A DNA stretch of 64,000 nucleotides from Paraphysomonas bandaiensis (taxonomy: Eukaryota > Protista > Chrysophyceae). Position 1 is the stretch's first letter. Each line of letters opens with the position of its first letter. Of this stretch, positions 13,601-25,232 are shown one piece after another. A program made the translations under genes and the position numbers. The stretch lies in NCBI GenBank assembly GCA_965644295.1, contig CBFFRP010000394.1, forward strand, positions 62,001 through 126,000, read 5' to 3'. The notes beneath the pieces are model-generated. The model saw only the letters and a list, made by a program, of their open reading frames with translations. It was not told the origin of the DNA and searched no databases.

Positions 13601-13957
13601 GAAAATATTCTTGACACAGCATTTATTATTCCAGATTTTGCTCATGATGTAATTGCTGGAGAGCCGAATACAATAGATAGATTCTGGTATATTCCGAGGA
13701 AATTCTTTGACCGTTGTGGGTGGAATGATTTGGAAAATGCTGACTATAATCAGACCGAAGATATGGAGGTATATATGAACAGGAATGGCTCTGGTGCAAT
13801 AGAAATGCAGCGCAATATTATCCAAGAAAATAACCATGCTGCAAATAACATGATCGATTCTGACACTGATGACTCCTTACTTTCAGAAAACGAAAGTACA
13901 AGGAGTAGTAGTATATCTAGTGCCAGTGGCTCTGATAGTGAAGGTGACGGTATGTAA
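10612..13957 (+). CDS. CACTA/Plavaka-like DDE transposase; 1-nt frameshift at T6 run 10697-10702; intron 12483-12529
   Basis: N-terminal Zn finger WKCNVC...H...C; LYHDG (D1), GDDPA (D2), CVNC, QDLFH, KLHSVMH...FG...SWE (E). The intron joins ORFs 10683-12494 and 12614-13957 in frame (LFFA|IGTDG). Confidence 0.85.
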
Positions 13958-14077
13958 TTCTATAATTTATATTCCCCTGCTTATTTAAGTGACGTGAATA
14001 GTCATTATTCACAACTATAGTACAACTTACTGGTAATGGAATTGATTGCTAGCCATATAGGCACAATGCTTTATCCG

Positions 14078-14787
14078 TCCTAGGTAGATTCTTATAGGTA
14101 ATGTGGGCTAGCACCTATAGGTAGATGACAACTAAGCTATAGGTATTACCTACGGCTGAGGTACCTATACGTATGATGTTATGGTTCCTATAGGGAATGT
14201 GCGCTAGCACCTATAGGTAGATGACAATTAACCTATAGGTAATGCCTGCGACAGAGGTACCTATAGGTATGATGTTATGGTACCTATAGGTAATACCTAC
14301 GGCTGAGGTACCTATACGTATGATGTTATGGTTCCTATAGGGAATGTGCGCTAGCACCTATAGGGAGATGACAATTAACCTATAGGTAATGCCTAGGGCC
14401 GAGATACCTATAGGTAGATGACAACTAACCTATAGGTAATACCTAGGGCTGAGACACCTATAGGTAATGTGGGCTAGCACCTATAGGTAGATGACAATTA
14501 ACCTATAGGTATTACCTACGTCTGAGGTACCTATAGGTATGGTGTTATGGTCCCTATAGGGAATGTGGGCTAGCACCTATAGGTAGATGACAATTAACCT
14601 ATAGGTATTACCTACGGTCGAGGTACCTATAGGTATGATTTTATGGTACCTATAGGTGGTGAGACATAGGCACCTACCTATAGGTAGGGTCGCTAGGAAT
14701 ACCTACAGGTAGGTACCTAATAGGTATGTACCTAATAGGTATGCATGAACTACCTATAGGAAGTTCGAAGTACCTATAGGTACCTAA
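14078..14787. repeat. Right subterminal array of the palindrome ACCTATAGGT
   Basis: Repeated CACCTATAGGTAGATGACAATTAACCTATAGGTA and GAGGTACCTATAGGTATG blocks ending at the right TIR. Confidence 0.92.
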
Positions 14788-16005
14788 TATAGCCCACCGA
14801 TGTTGTTATCTAACTACTGAATGCGTCGTCGTAACTGTTAGTGGTTTATACATCGCTACGTTGAAGCACAACCGTACAGAATAATGCAATATGCACTTAG
14901 TCAGAGTATTCCTTCTAAAAATACTTTACAGAGCTAGAGAAGCACAACGGTTCCGGGTTGTCGGTATGCGTGAAAAGATCTGATGAAGATGTGGTGATTG
15001 TTTGATTTATTCTTAGGGTGCACTGTTGCAACTGATGCAAATGGACGAATCTTTCGTCATATGTGGGTTCAGATTCTGGAGATGTGTCGTGACATCTATG
15101 ATGTCGTAAGGATTACTATTTTACGGGTAGAGTGTGCGACAGTCAGTGTGTGAAGGATATGTGTGGAATCAGCGGTTTGGTGCCATTTGCAGAACGTATG
15201 CAGTACGTTATCAAGCTCAATTCGAACTCCGCATGCCAATTACAGTCAAGAACACCATGATGCATCCTGAATCACATAGAGTCATTTCACACACTCTGCT
15301 CTTGATATCTTAAAGGCAAGTATGGAGATATTTTCCATCCAAAGAAGATATCAACATGTTCCATTCGTAGAAATCTATCTGTTTCTGAGGATTCTTAAAG
15401 GAAAGAGTTGCCGCCGGTTCAATAATTGATGTTTGACATGAAATTTCTGTTAAAAGATCTCACGGAGTCTAAACGAAATGGATTCCATTGCCATTGGATT
15501 GACTTAGTTGGCTCGTAGCTCTCATCTGCTGTGCACACGACACCGACACCACTCTAAGTACACTATAGCCAATCAAAAACCTGCCTGCTGTATACACCCG
15601 TATATCTGATATACTTCTGTATAAATGTAGATGAAGGTACGTACGTACGCACAGTGTATTGGAAGGGAAGATCTACGTATCGTATGTATGTCGTATGTAT
15701 ATGCGAAGGGGACATCCATATACATAACCTCCACTGTGTGTAGATACTTGATACACACATACACATACATATACATAAAGCGTCAGTGAGTGAGTCAGTG
15801 TAGTCATGACACTGACCACATCTAGACATTAGTGTTAATTAAAACACACAACATAACAGCAACAATGACAACTTCCCCTTCCACTCCTCATTGATTCTCG
15901 TTAATCTCTCATCATCCATTCATTCCGTACATATCAAACTAGTGAGATCTATATATACATATATCTACAAACTAAGACACTCATACATCCCATTATCTCA
16001 TCGAT

Positions 16006-17667
16006 ATGGGTACAACATTAGGTCGTTCAATAGATATTGATCCTGTAGATAAACAAATTTTAAATGAATTACGATTAAATCAAAGTGATATCAAGAAATT
16101 ATTAAAAACTTTTCATTATATTGATCTTGATTGTACTAATCGAGTTAGACGTGAAGAATTCTTTGCTTATTGTCGTATTGAACCAACACCAACTAATATT
16201 GAGATTTTCAGTTTATGTGATACTGATAATTCGGGAAGTTTAATATTCTCTGAGTTCGGTGAGGAGTGTTTCTGTTTATTTCAGTGTATATGCTGATGTG
16301 TGTTATGTCTGACGAGTGTTATTTCAGTATACATATTACTTGTGTTTCGTGTTTTATACTATTATATCGTATCGTATTCATACTAGTTTTGATCTTTATT
16401 ATGTGTAGTATGTACGTTATGGAACCTTTTGAGTTACAGAAGAGAAGATCTCGGTGGATTTGTTTTCGATTTGGCAGATAAGCGTAAAACAGGAAAGATT
16501 GCTGAGTCAGATATCCCACAGCTACTGATATCTATCCATCATAAAAACTACGCGAACAACAAATCGGTTCAAAAACTAGTACAAGAATTGCAAGTGTCCA
16601 GGAAGGGGTGTACTCGTGAAGCATTTGTTCAATGGACGAATGAGAACCCATCGGCACTGGCCCCTATTTCTGGTCTACACCATCATTTGCGGTCTAAAAT
16701 TGTGGGCCAGAGTTTATGGAGACGGTGCGAAGAGGCGCGGTATAGCATACCGCGTTTACAGCAACCCAACTTAATGAAAGACATCAGAAAAATGCTGAAA
16801 GGTCGAAAACTTCATTTAAATGTGGTGCACCAATTGTCAACTGTGGTAGAAGTTAGAAATGAAGACACCCTTCATATGCCAAACCATCAAACAGCTATGA
16901 GCGCTCAGGTAGCCACCACTCAAAATACAAAAAAAACACGCACACGTGTGAGATCATTCAACAGTGACGATGGAGATAATCCTCAGTCCTCAAATCAAAT
17001 GCTGAATAAACCGTCGAGCAAGCCAAACAGTCGCTCCGGTAGCAAACCTCCAAGTCGACATATTAGTCGTGGTAACAGTGTAGCCCCCAGTAGAGATGGA
17101 AGTCGTGCCAACAGTACTAATCCCAGTAGAGACGGCAGTCGTGCCAATTCGGCATGTAGTGATAGCGGAGATGGTGTCACTCGGAAATCTGGTGGCAGTG
17201 ACATGAGGTCGTCGATTAGTAGTACACAAGACAGTTTCGCTGACGTTTTGCGTGCAAACACTGCTAGTTTGAGTCACTCCGTTAGCGACACAAGAGCTTC
17301 TGGAGATAATACTATGGATCATGTGAGAGGGCGTTCTCGTTTGACTCCCGAAGAGGAAGCTGAATTGAAGAGAAGTCTCAAAGCCCATATTCAGGCTCCA
17401 GCTAGTTTAATGAAGCACAGCAAGTTGAAAAAATCCTCAGATAATCCCTCTGAGACCATCGAACTACTTGATATGGAGCATGGTGATGATAGTGACGAAG
17501 AGGAAAAGGAAATCGATGACGATATGTTGCGCAGAAAGCAAAAGAGGGAGAGTAATGCGAAAAAGAGGAACAAGAGGCTAGAGCATCAACATAGAACAGA
17601 CCCTTATTTTCGAGAGGGTAGAACACATTTGAGATATAGGAAAGACAAAATTGCCGACACGGATTGA
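16006..17667 (+). CDS. N-myristoylated EF-hand protein (calcineurin B/NCS-like) with long disordered Ser/Arg-rich tail
   Basis: MG start; EF loops DLDCTNRVRREE, DTDNSGSLIFSE and DKRKTGKIAESD; intron at about 16259-16409 links to ORF 16429-17667. Confidence 0.8.
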
Positions 17668-17946
17668 TCGGTGAATCGTACGCAGTACAATACATGGGAC
17701 CAGTTTTGTTTCTCTAGTCTTTTTGGTATAAATATTTTCTTGACTTCAGTTGTAGCGTAGCCAATGTGACGTAGCCCTAACGGTCCGCTTCAGTGTGTTG
17801 TCGATTCTTGTACCATACTACTCATCTTATAGCGTAACACGCCCAGTATTCGTTGTGTGTCTCTAGGAAGTGGTATAAGCTATTGATACCTATTTATACC
17901 TGTTGTGATAGTAAATAATTGTTGTACAAAAATAATTTATGAATAT
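16759..17946 (+). repeat. Copy 1 of the 1188-bp direct repeat flanking the LINE (putative giant TSD)
   Basis: Matches 23506-24693 at offset 6747; I see only 2 substitutions (17196/23943 and 17461/24208). Confidence 0.92.
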
Positions 17947-20900
17947 ATATATTGAATGTCTTTTTATTTAGCAATAGGCGTTAAAAACCCGTTCCGATAT
18001 AGCGGCTAGTTGAATACTAGTCTACTAGTTAGACCTCTACCCATAACTAATCAGCGCAAATTCTATTATCCTACTATTTAACGCTACAGAAGCTGCTTGT
18101 GCGTCGCCGCAAGCACCAAGGTGCAACCACTTCCGTTCTTGATGTTGTGTGTGAATTCGCCCTGCTCGTGTGTCTGAGGACTCACTGGCGCGTGTTGTCC
18201 GGGGGTCTCCCCTTGGGATACGGTTCCGCCTGACTCTGAGGTACCGGGTTCTGTATTAAGGTCCTGAGTGTACCGAGCACTAGATGTGTGGACTGAGAGG
18301 TTGATGGTGTGGTGGAATGTGGCGGTGTCGCCATGCACCGTTTGGGCGTTGGGCATAGGTGGAGTTGCCGGAGATGTCGTCGCCTTTGTCTAGGGCCTGT
18401 TGGTTTCATACGGTCCGTTGCTATGGTCCTCTGTGTATGGTTGGTAGGGTTCAGAGGTACGGTGGGCGGTGTTCCAGTCTCGGTTCGTCTGTGGATTCCT
18501 AGTAATCTTAGCACCCTTGGGCGTTTCCGTTTCTGTCTGTGGTTTGGACTCGGCCGCGGTAGTAGCCTTGGGGGGCCTTTCCGTAGGGTCACGTATCTTC
18601 TTCCGCGATCTTGGATCATGAGCTTTGCTGCAGCGAACAGCGGTAGCAGTAATTTGATGATCGCTGATTCGATGCTGCGCAGTCCTTGGGATGTCAGTGA
18701 TTCATGGATGTGATCTCCAAAAACCATTTCAAGCTGTGTCATTGTGATGGTACCCGTCCAGAATCTCTCCACCTGTGGCACGGAAGGGTTCCAGGCCCTG
18801 CTGGAGATTCGCTGGAGTACAGTGGTGGTCCATTGGGGTAATTCCGGATTCCTCATTTCTTCTAGGAGCGCGTTTTTGTGGCTGTGAAATGCAGACTCCC
18901 TTATCTGCGTTATGGTGTCGTTTGTGCAGTCTAGACACATATGCTTGAGTGAGTCTAGTCTAAATCCGCAGTCAGAGCATACGGCTTTAGCCATGTCGAG
19001 TCCGTGTTTGGTTTTCGCCCGGTTTCTTCCTATGCTGAATGATTTGTCCCATGTCAGTGCTGCATTTAGTACTCTTTGGCGCAGGTGGGAGCTCACTTTG
19101 TCCTTTGATGGTCCACCATCTGCTTGCGCCAGTTTGCGCGGAAGTAGTGCTCCGCTGTCTTTCCAGTATCCAGGAGCCCGGTCGGGATTGTGACCGTAGC
19201 GTTGGTCTCGGAGAGCTGTATATGCCTCCAGCGTCCGTTGATTACGGAGGGATTGGAAATCCGTGAGCAGGGGGCTAGTGCGATACGGCCGTCGTTCCCC
19301 AGTTAGGCGCCAGTGCCATAAACCCTCGGTGAGTATTCTCTCGATGGCTTGGTCCACTTCCATGTTACAGACAGTGTAATTTTGTCGTCCGAGTAGTCGA
19401 TCTACCTCAAGCAAGTCCCCTCCTGCTACTGCGTCGGCAATGTAAATTCCTTTGTCTTCATATGTCCATTCAGACTCATCAGAGGTGCGTCGTTCGGGGT
19501 GTGATCGGACCCAGGCTACTGTCCTTGTGCAATCGTTATTTGCTGCAATGCTTTCGAGCAGTACACCTTTGGCACGATGCCCCAGTGCCCGACGTCTGGC
19601 GGAGAGTGCTTCGTGTGTGCGTATGCAGACGGCCTTACAGTCCGTATTTATCGGTATGTGTGATGGGAGTCGCGCAGACAGTATAAGCGCCATTGCTGCT
19701 CCCATGAGCTCGTATGCATACGGGCCAAGTCCAGGCACGTCGCTGAAGGGTGTCTCTAATCGCAGTATTTTTGTTGTACCGTTCTTCCATTCATCCTCCG
19801 GGGGGAGCCAGACTGCCGCCGCTCCTCCATAATGTGCCCATCTTGTACGTGGGTTTACATGCGTAATGCGGCGCGGGGATAGGGCTGTAGGCGTGTATGA
19901 GCCGTCGGTGAAGATTGCCTGATATGTATCCGCGGTTACATCATCCAGTTCTAATGTGCGGATAATGTTGGTCAGGGTGTTGGTATCTTGAGGTTCCGGA
20001 CTGTCGGGTTGTTGGAGAGTAAGGCCAACCTCCGTACCCCATTCCCGCAGACTTAAGGCAAAGTGGTGGTAGTTTGGGTACGGCGCGATAGTCTGTGTTA
20101 GGAGAAAGTGCGCTGCGTCACCGGCATCACCGCCTAGGATTATGGCGCGCTGTAGGGAGCCCCATTTTTGTTCTTGAGCGGAGTCTGAGAAGCGTTTCAT
20201 TCCAAGTCCATTATGCCTGAGAGAGAGGTAGATCAGTTCCGTGGGGTAACCAGGACTCAGGCTTAGTGCTTTCCTATAAAGGTTTGCGCAAGTTGAATCG
20301 ATGTTCTTGTAATATTGCAGGGGCCAAGAAGCCTTGGTGGCCTTGTAAAGTAGAGTGGGTATGATTTGGGTCTCTATAACCATGACTTTGCAACCCGCTG
20401 AGGCGTGCCTGATCCCAAGGTGTGTGCCCGCTGCCTTTAGGTAGTTTGTACACCAATTGTATGAGTCCGTGTCTGTAGGTGTTAGTGGTAGATCAGCCCC
20501 CAAATAGTGTATCGATTCATGAGTCGTTTGTATTGGTACAGGTTGGGGTCTCCAATACCAGTCATATAAGGTAATGTGTCCGGTTTGTTTGACCTGGGCT
20601 AGATTTTCCCGTAGGTGAGGGAAAAAAGTGCAGATAACCTTAGGTACCGAGAGTTCCATTCCCGAGAAGCTGCAGAACGCCGACGTTCGTATCGCCGTTT
20701 CCTGGGCTTGAGTGATAGACACATCTATGGTGGTGATGTCATCCGCGAAGGAGACTTTTTTCTTTGAGTTCGGGGTCAGTAGGAGTGGTGATGGTGTAAG
20801 ACAGATTGCTCTAAGATCTAGGTCTAACCATGTAAGAAGGATATCGTGTAGCGCCACCCAGGCACAAGTGGATTCGGTTCCCCCCTGTGTGATTCCTCTC

Positions 20901-23505
20901 ACGGCCTCAAATCCGAGTACGAACTGTGCAAGGAAGTGTCCGTCGGTAGCTAGAAGTTCTGCCAACGAGCGTGGCTCCATGTTGTTCGCCATGAACGGCG
21001 TCCATGGGAATGTGAGACCCCCAGCGTCTAATTCTCCAAACCATTCAACCACAGCATCGGGGACACCTAGCCGAGCCCATGCTAGTTTCATTAGATTAGG
21101 TGTTATGGAGTCGAATGCTTTTTTGAAGTCCCAGAGCGTGCAGATGTGTTGGGCATTGTGACGTCTGGCTAGAACCCTTAAAATGGCCGTGTCTGTGCCA
21201 TTTCTCCAGCGATATCCATGTTGGGACGGGTGTAGGATCTGCTGTTCCTCCCAGACTGTGAGTATCCTGTGGGAGATTATTCTTGTCAGAATTTTCCGTG
21301 ATATTTCGAGCAGACCGATCGGTCGAAGGTTGGAAAAAGAGGGTTCTCCTGGTTTCTTGAGTATGGGGGTCATTACTCTGTCTCTCCACCAAGTAGGCAC
21401 GTGTTTGTGCTTCCAGAGCGACTTGATAAGGGTGAATGCTTCCTGTTGTATGGCTGGAGGCCAGGATTTGACCATGTTGGATGAGACCATGGAGGGTCCG
21501 GGAGCCCGGTTGAAGGATATGGAATGTAGGGTGGAGTAGAATTCTTCGTGCGTGATGTCCTTCTCTAAAGCCTTTCCAAGTAGGTCCGCCATTTCTGGTT
21601 TAGCTTTAGTGCATAGTGCACGTCGTAGTCCGTGTTGTAGGGTAAGGGGTATGTTCGAGCACGGATGGAGGGGCTCCTGGGAAGTCACCGATTGAGGGTC
21701 AAGGAGGGTTTTCCACCAGTTGGGGTCGTCCTGTAGTCTTTGTGCGACTGGGTCCAGTCCTGCAGGTTCCGCGTGGTGGTCTCGAAAGTGTTTGTTGATT
21801 CCTTCGTGGATGTCTTGCGGGGTAGTGAGAAGTGTCCCGTCAGTAGTTCTCACTGTCGTTAGTCGAAGTGGCGTTTTGATTTTAAGTCCTATCTTCTGCA
21901 GTACTGCTTGTAGTCTTCTCTGTTCTAGTAGTGCTTCCATTTGGTTTGTACGGTCTGTGAGCCTCTTGCGCATCTCCGTCCTGCCTCGTCCGTGCAAGAG
22001 TCCTCGCATTCGTATCACAATGTGTAGAAGGTTCTTCTTGGTGACTTGTTTGGCATTCCAGCTCAGAATGGCTCTGGGGTCTGCTGATCGGTAATCATTC
22101 CTGAAGTTGATGTCAGCTATTCCTTTCGCAGGTCCCGTGGAGTTTTGGAGGTACGAGTTCCCGCGCTCCTGCCAGGCGGTGATGAGCACGTGGATCGGAT
22201 TGCGTAATGGGGATCCACGCCATCCGTGTCTTTTATATCCAGCTGAGTTAAACATTTTCTGAACTATCTTTATTACCATAACCATCCCTTCTTGAATTAC
22301 CCTCATTTCCGGGGAGAAACCATCTTTAAAATGTGAACGAATTCGCTGACACCGGTCATGGAGCCTCGTGCGACGGCTGTAGCGGGGACCCTTTGCTGTA
22401 AGCGTTGCCTGCAAGGTGATGTGATGTATCGCCGCTAGTCGGGTGGCTGCAGTCTCTGGGTCTAGTGTTGGGCTGAGGCTCGTGTCTATAGGGGGCAGTT
22501 GGGCGTGTAGCATGAGAAGTTCGGCAGTGTACGCTTTTACCTCCTCAGGATCCCTTGGGTTGATGTTTAGGCGAGGAGGTATTTTTAAGTGTGACTCTGG
22601 GGAAGAGATATCTTGTGTTACAGTAATATTGAATCCAACCCAAACCGGCCTATGGTCAAACGCTGCTGCAATTAAGGTGGGGGAATTGAGGCATCCGGTG
22701 TCAGTGATTCGCATATGCTGTGGAAGTGGCGTATGTAGTATGTGATCGATACGCGAGATTCCCTTGTCCAATCTGTGGAATGTGTGAAAAGCTTGCCGTT
22801 GGAGTAATTGTGTGATTAGTGGCGCCGACAGCTGGAGTTTACCGGCTAGTGGGCGTATATCTCTATTCGTGGTGTGCGTTTCCATGGATCCGTTAAAGTC
22901 GCCTGCAATGATTACCGTGTGACCTCTGGCCCGGGCCTTGGTAACCCATTTAGTGATGATGTTGCAGAGGAGATCATATGGGGCAACCGGTTTAGTGTTG
23001 CGGGTCGCTTTCCCTATCGTGGTCAGTTTGCTCCATAAGGTACACGAACCAGGGGTGGATGGTTTAGGTGGTAAGTAGACGCTTATTATCACCAGGGTTT
23101 GTGTAGGGGAGGTTTTGAATTCCAGTCTCCCGACTAGACCAAGGCCAGTGAAGTCCGCTTTGGTAGAAGCTAGGCGGCGTTTCCATCTCTCACTCACAAT
23201 GGCTGCGGTCCCCCCCATGAGTGGGTCACGGTTAGTGACCTTGTAGGTCTTGTTGAGAAATAAGCATACCCTAGATCCTTGAATGGCGTCCTCAACGGTC
23301 TGCGCGAAGAAGCGGGCTTGAGTACATGTTAGTCTCACATCCTGCAGCAGTAGTATGTCTAACTGTTGCTTGTTGAAATGTCGGATAATGGCCTTTAGTT
23401 TGCTTCTGAACGATGCTGGGTTTCCATTGGTGTTCCAAGTGGAGAGTCGGAGTCCTGTGTCTGTAGGTGTGTTGCCCTGCTGTTCGTTGGTTGAACCTCT
23501 TTTGT
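17947..23505 (-). mobile_element. 5'-truncated non-LTR retrotransposon (LINE) with APE-RT-RNase H-CCHC ORF
   Basis: ORF is open from the 23505 junction to 18182; 3' UTR ends AATAAAAAGACATTCAATATAT with no poly(A); GC-richer than the host and intronless. Confidence 0.95.
18182..23505 (-). CDS. LINE polyprotein: AP endonuclease, reverse transcriptase, RNase H, zinc knuckle (start codon lost)
   Basis: APE: LRLSTWNTNG and DILLLQD upstream of the called GTG start, then SVYLPP, IAGDFN, SRIDHI, DHRPV. RT: LRPIGL, QHGYR, DFKKAFD, QGG, FADD, YLG. RNase H: FTDGS, ELM, TDC, WVRSH, AD. Knuckle: CSDC...H...C. Confidence 0.95.
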
Positions 23506-24693
23506 CAGCAACCCAACTTAATGAAAGACATCAGAAAAATGCTGAAAGGTCGAAAACTTCATTTAAATGTGGTGCACCAATTGTCAACTGTGGTAGAAGT
23601 TAGAAATGAAGACACCCTTCATATGCCAAACCATCAAACAGCTATGAGCGCTCAGGTAGCCACCACTCAAAATACAAAAAAAACACGCACACGTGTGAGA
23701 TCATTCAACAGTGACGATGGAGATAATCCTCAGTCCTCAAATCAAATGCTGAATAAACCGTCGAGCAAGCCAAACAGTCGCTCCGGTAGCAAACCTCCAA
23801 GTCGACATATTAGTCGTGGTAACAGTGTAGCCCCCAGTAGAGATGGAAGTCGTGCCAACAGTACTAATCCCAGTAGAGACGGCAGTCGTGCCAATTCGGC
23901 ATGTAGTGATAGCGGAGATGGTGTCACTCGGAAATCTGGTGGTAGTGACATGAGGTCGTCGATTAGTAGTACACAAGACAGTTTCGCTGACGTTTTGCGT
24001 GCAAACACTGCTAGTTTGAGTCACTCCGTTAGCGACACAAGAGCTTCTGGAGATAATACTATGGATCATGTGAGAGGGCGTTCTCGTTTGACTCCCGAAG
24101 AGGAAGCTGAATTGAAGAGAAGTCTCAAAGCCCATATTCAGGCTCCAGCTAGTTTAATGAAGCACAGCAAGTTGAAAAAATCCTCAGATAATCCCTCTGA
24201 GACCATCAAACTACTTGATATGGAGCATGGTGATGATAGTGACGAAGAGGAAAAGGAAATCGATGACGATATGTTGCGCAGAAAGCAAAAGAGGGAGAGT
24301 AATGCGAAAAAGAGGAACAAGAGGCTAGAGCATCAACATAGAACAGACCCTTATTTTCGAGAGGGTAGAACACATTTGAGATATAGGAAAGACAAAATTG
24401 CCGACACGGATTGATCGGTGAATCGTACGCAGTACAATACATGGGACCAGTTTTGTTTCTCTAGTCTTTTTGGTATAAATATTTTCTTGACTTCAGTTGT
24501 AGCGTAGCCAATGTGACGTAGCCCTAACGGTCCGCTTCAGTGTGTTGTCGATTCTTGTACCATACTACTCATCTTATAGCGTAACACGCCCAGTATTCGT
24601 TGTGTGTCTCTAGGAAGTGGTATAAGCTATTGATACCTATTTATACCTGTTGTGATAGTAAATAATTGTTGTACAAAAATAATTTATGAATAT
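23506..24693 (+). pseudogene. Copy 2 of the direct repeat: 3' part and 3' UTR of the EF-hand gene, separated from its promoter and EF hands
   Basis: Begins mid-exon (CAGCAACCCAAC) directly at the LINE 5' junction. Confidence 0.88.
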
Positions 24694-24941
24694 TAGGTGT
24701 GTGTCGTATTCTTTCAGCTACTGATATATCTCACTGTTTTCGTACTTGGACATAAAATCACACACAGGGTTATGGCGAGGCAACAGAAAGAAGATAGATA
24801 AATAATCATTCATATCAATATATATATTATAGCATTGAATTTGTCATAGATTGTGTATTCTGGCAGTTGCCATCATAAATCTGTCAAATTTAATATAGTA
24901 TTAGGATGGTGAAATAACTGTATACAGAACTTGGTATATAC

Positions 24942-25060
24942 CAGGGCCTGGTAACCATTAATGGCCATTATAATTGCCGGGACATTTTTCCTTAATGCCA
25001 TTATAATTGCCGGGAACTGGACTACCATTTTAATGAGCCATTAATGGTTATCAGGCCCTG
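24942..25060. mobile_element. 119-bp hAT-type MITE
   Basis: TIR CAGGGCCTGGTAACCATTAATGGC / GCCATTAATGGTTATCAGGCCCTG (1 mismatch); 8-bp TSD GTATATAC at 24934-24941 and 25061-25068. Confidence 0.88.
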
Positions 25061-25232
25061 GTATATACTATATGCTATATGCTTGATATATAAATTACAA
25101 TCAATATCGCTCACATATCATTCATTATCTTTTCGCCAAATTCATCTTATCTCAACTACTAAACATTTTCATACAATCTTAGATTTTAGAGATAGTCTCT
25201 CAATCTTGTACGGTCAATATATATCAGTTTCA

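Larger units (their letters stand above)
8115..14802 (+). mobile_element. CMC-group (CACTA/EnSpm/Plavaka-like) DNA transposon, structurally complete
   Basis: TIR CATCGGTGG (8115-8123) / CCACCGATG (14794-14802); TT on both flanks (2-bp TSD); subterminal palindrome arrays at both ends; internal DDE transposase and a second divergent gene. Confidence 0.88.

Noticed and set aside
14803-15560. Possible gene relic or continuation of a larger element right of the transposon
   Set aside because: I found no ORF, motif, terminal repeat or similarity to other parts of the window.
18309-22745. Many plus-strand ORFs overlapping the LINE (likewise antisense ORFs over the golgin, IDI-SQS and NOL10)
   Set aside because: Antisense shadows of long coding frames, with no motifs.
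23467-24414. 315-aa ORF as an independent gene
   Set aside because: It starts at a GTG inside the antisense LINE and is the duplicated 3' part of the EF-hand gene.
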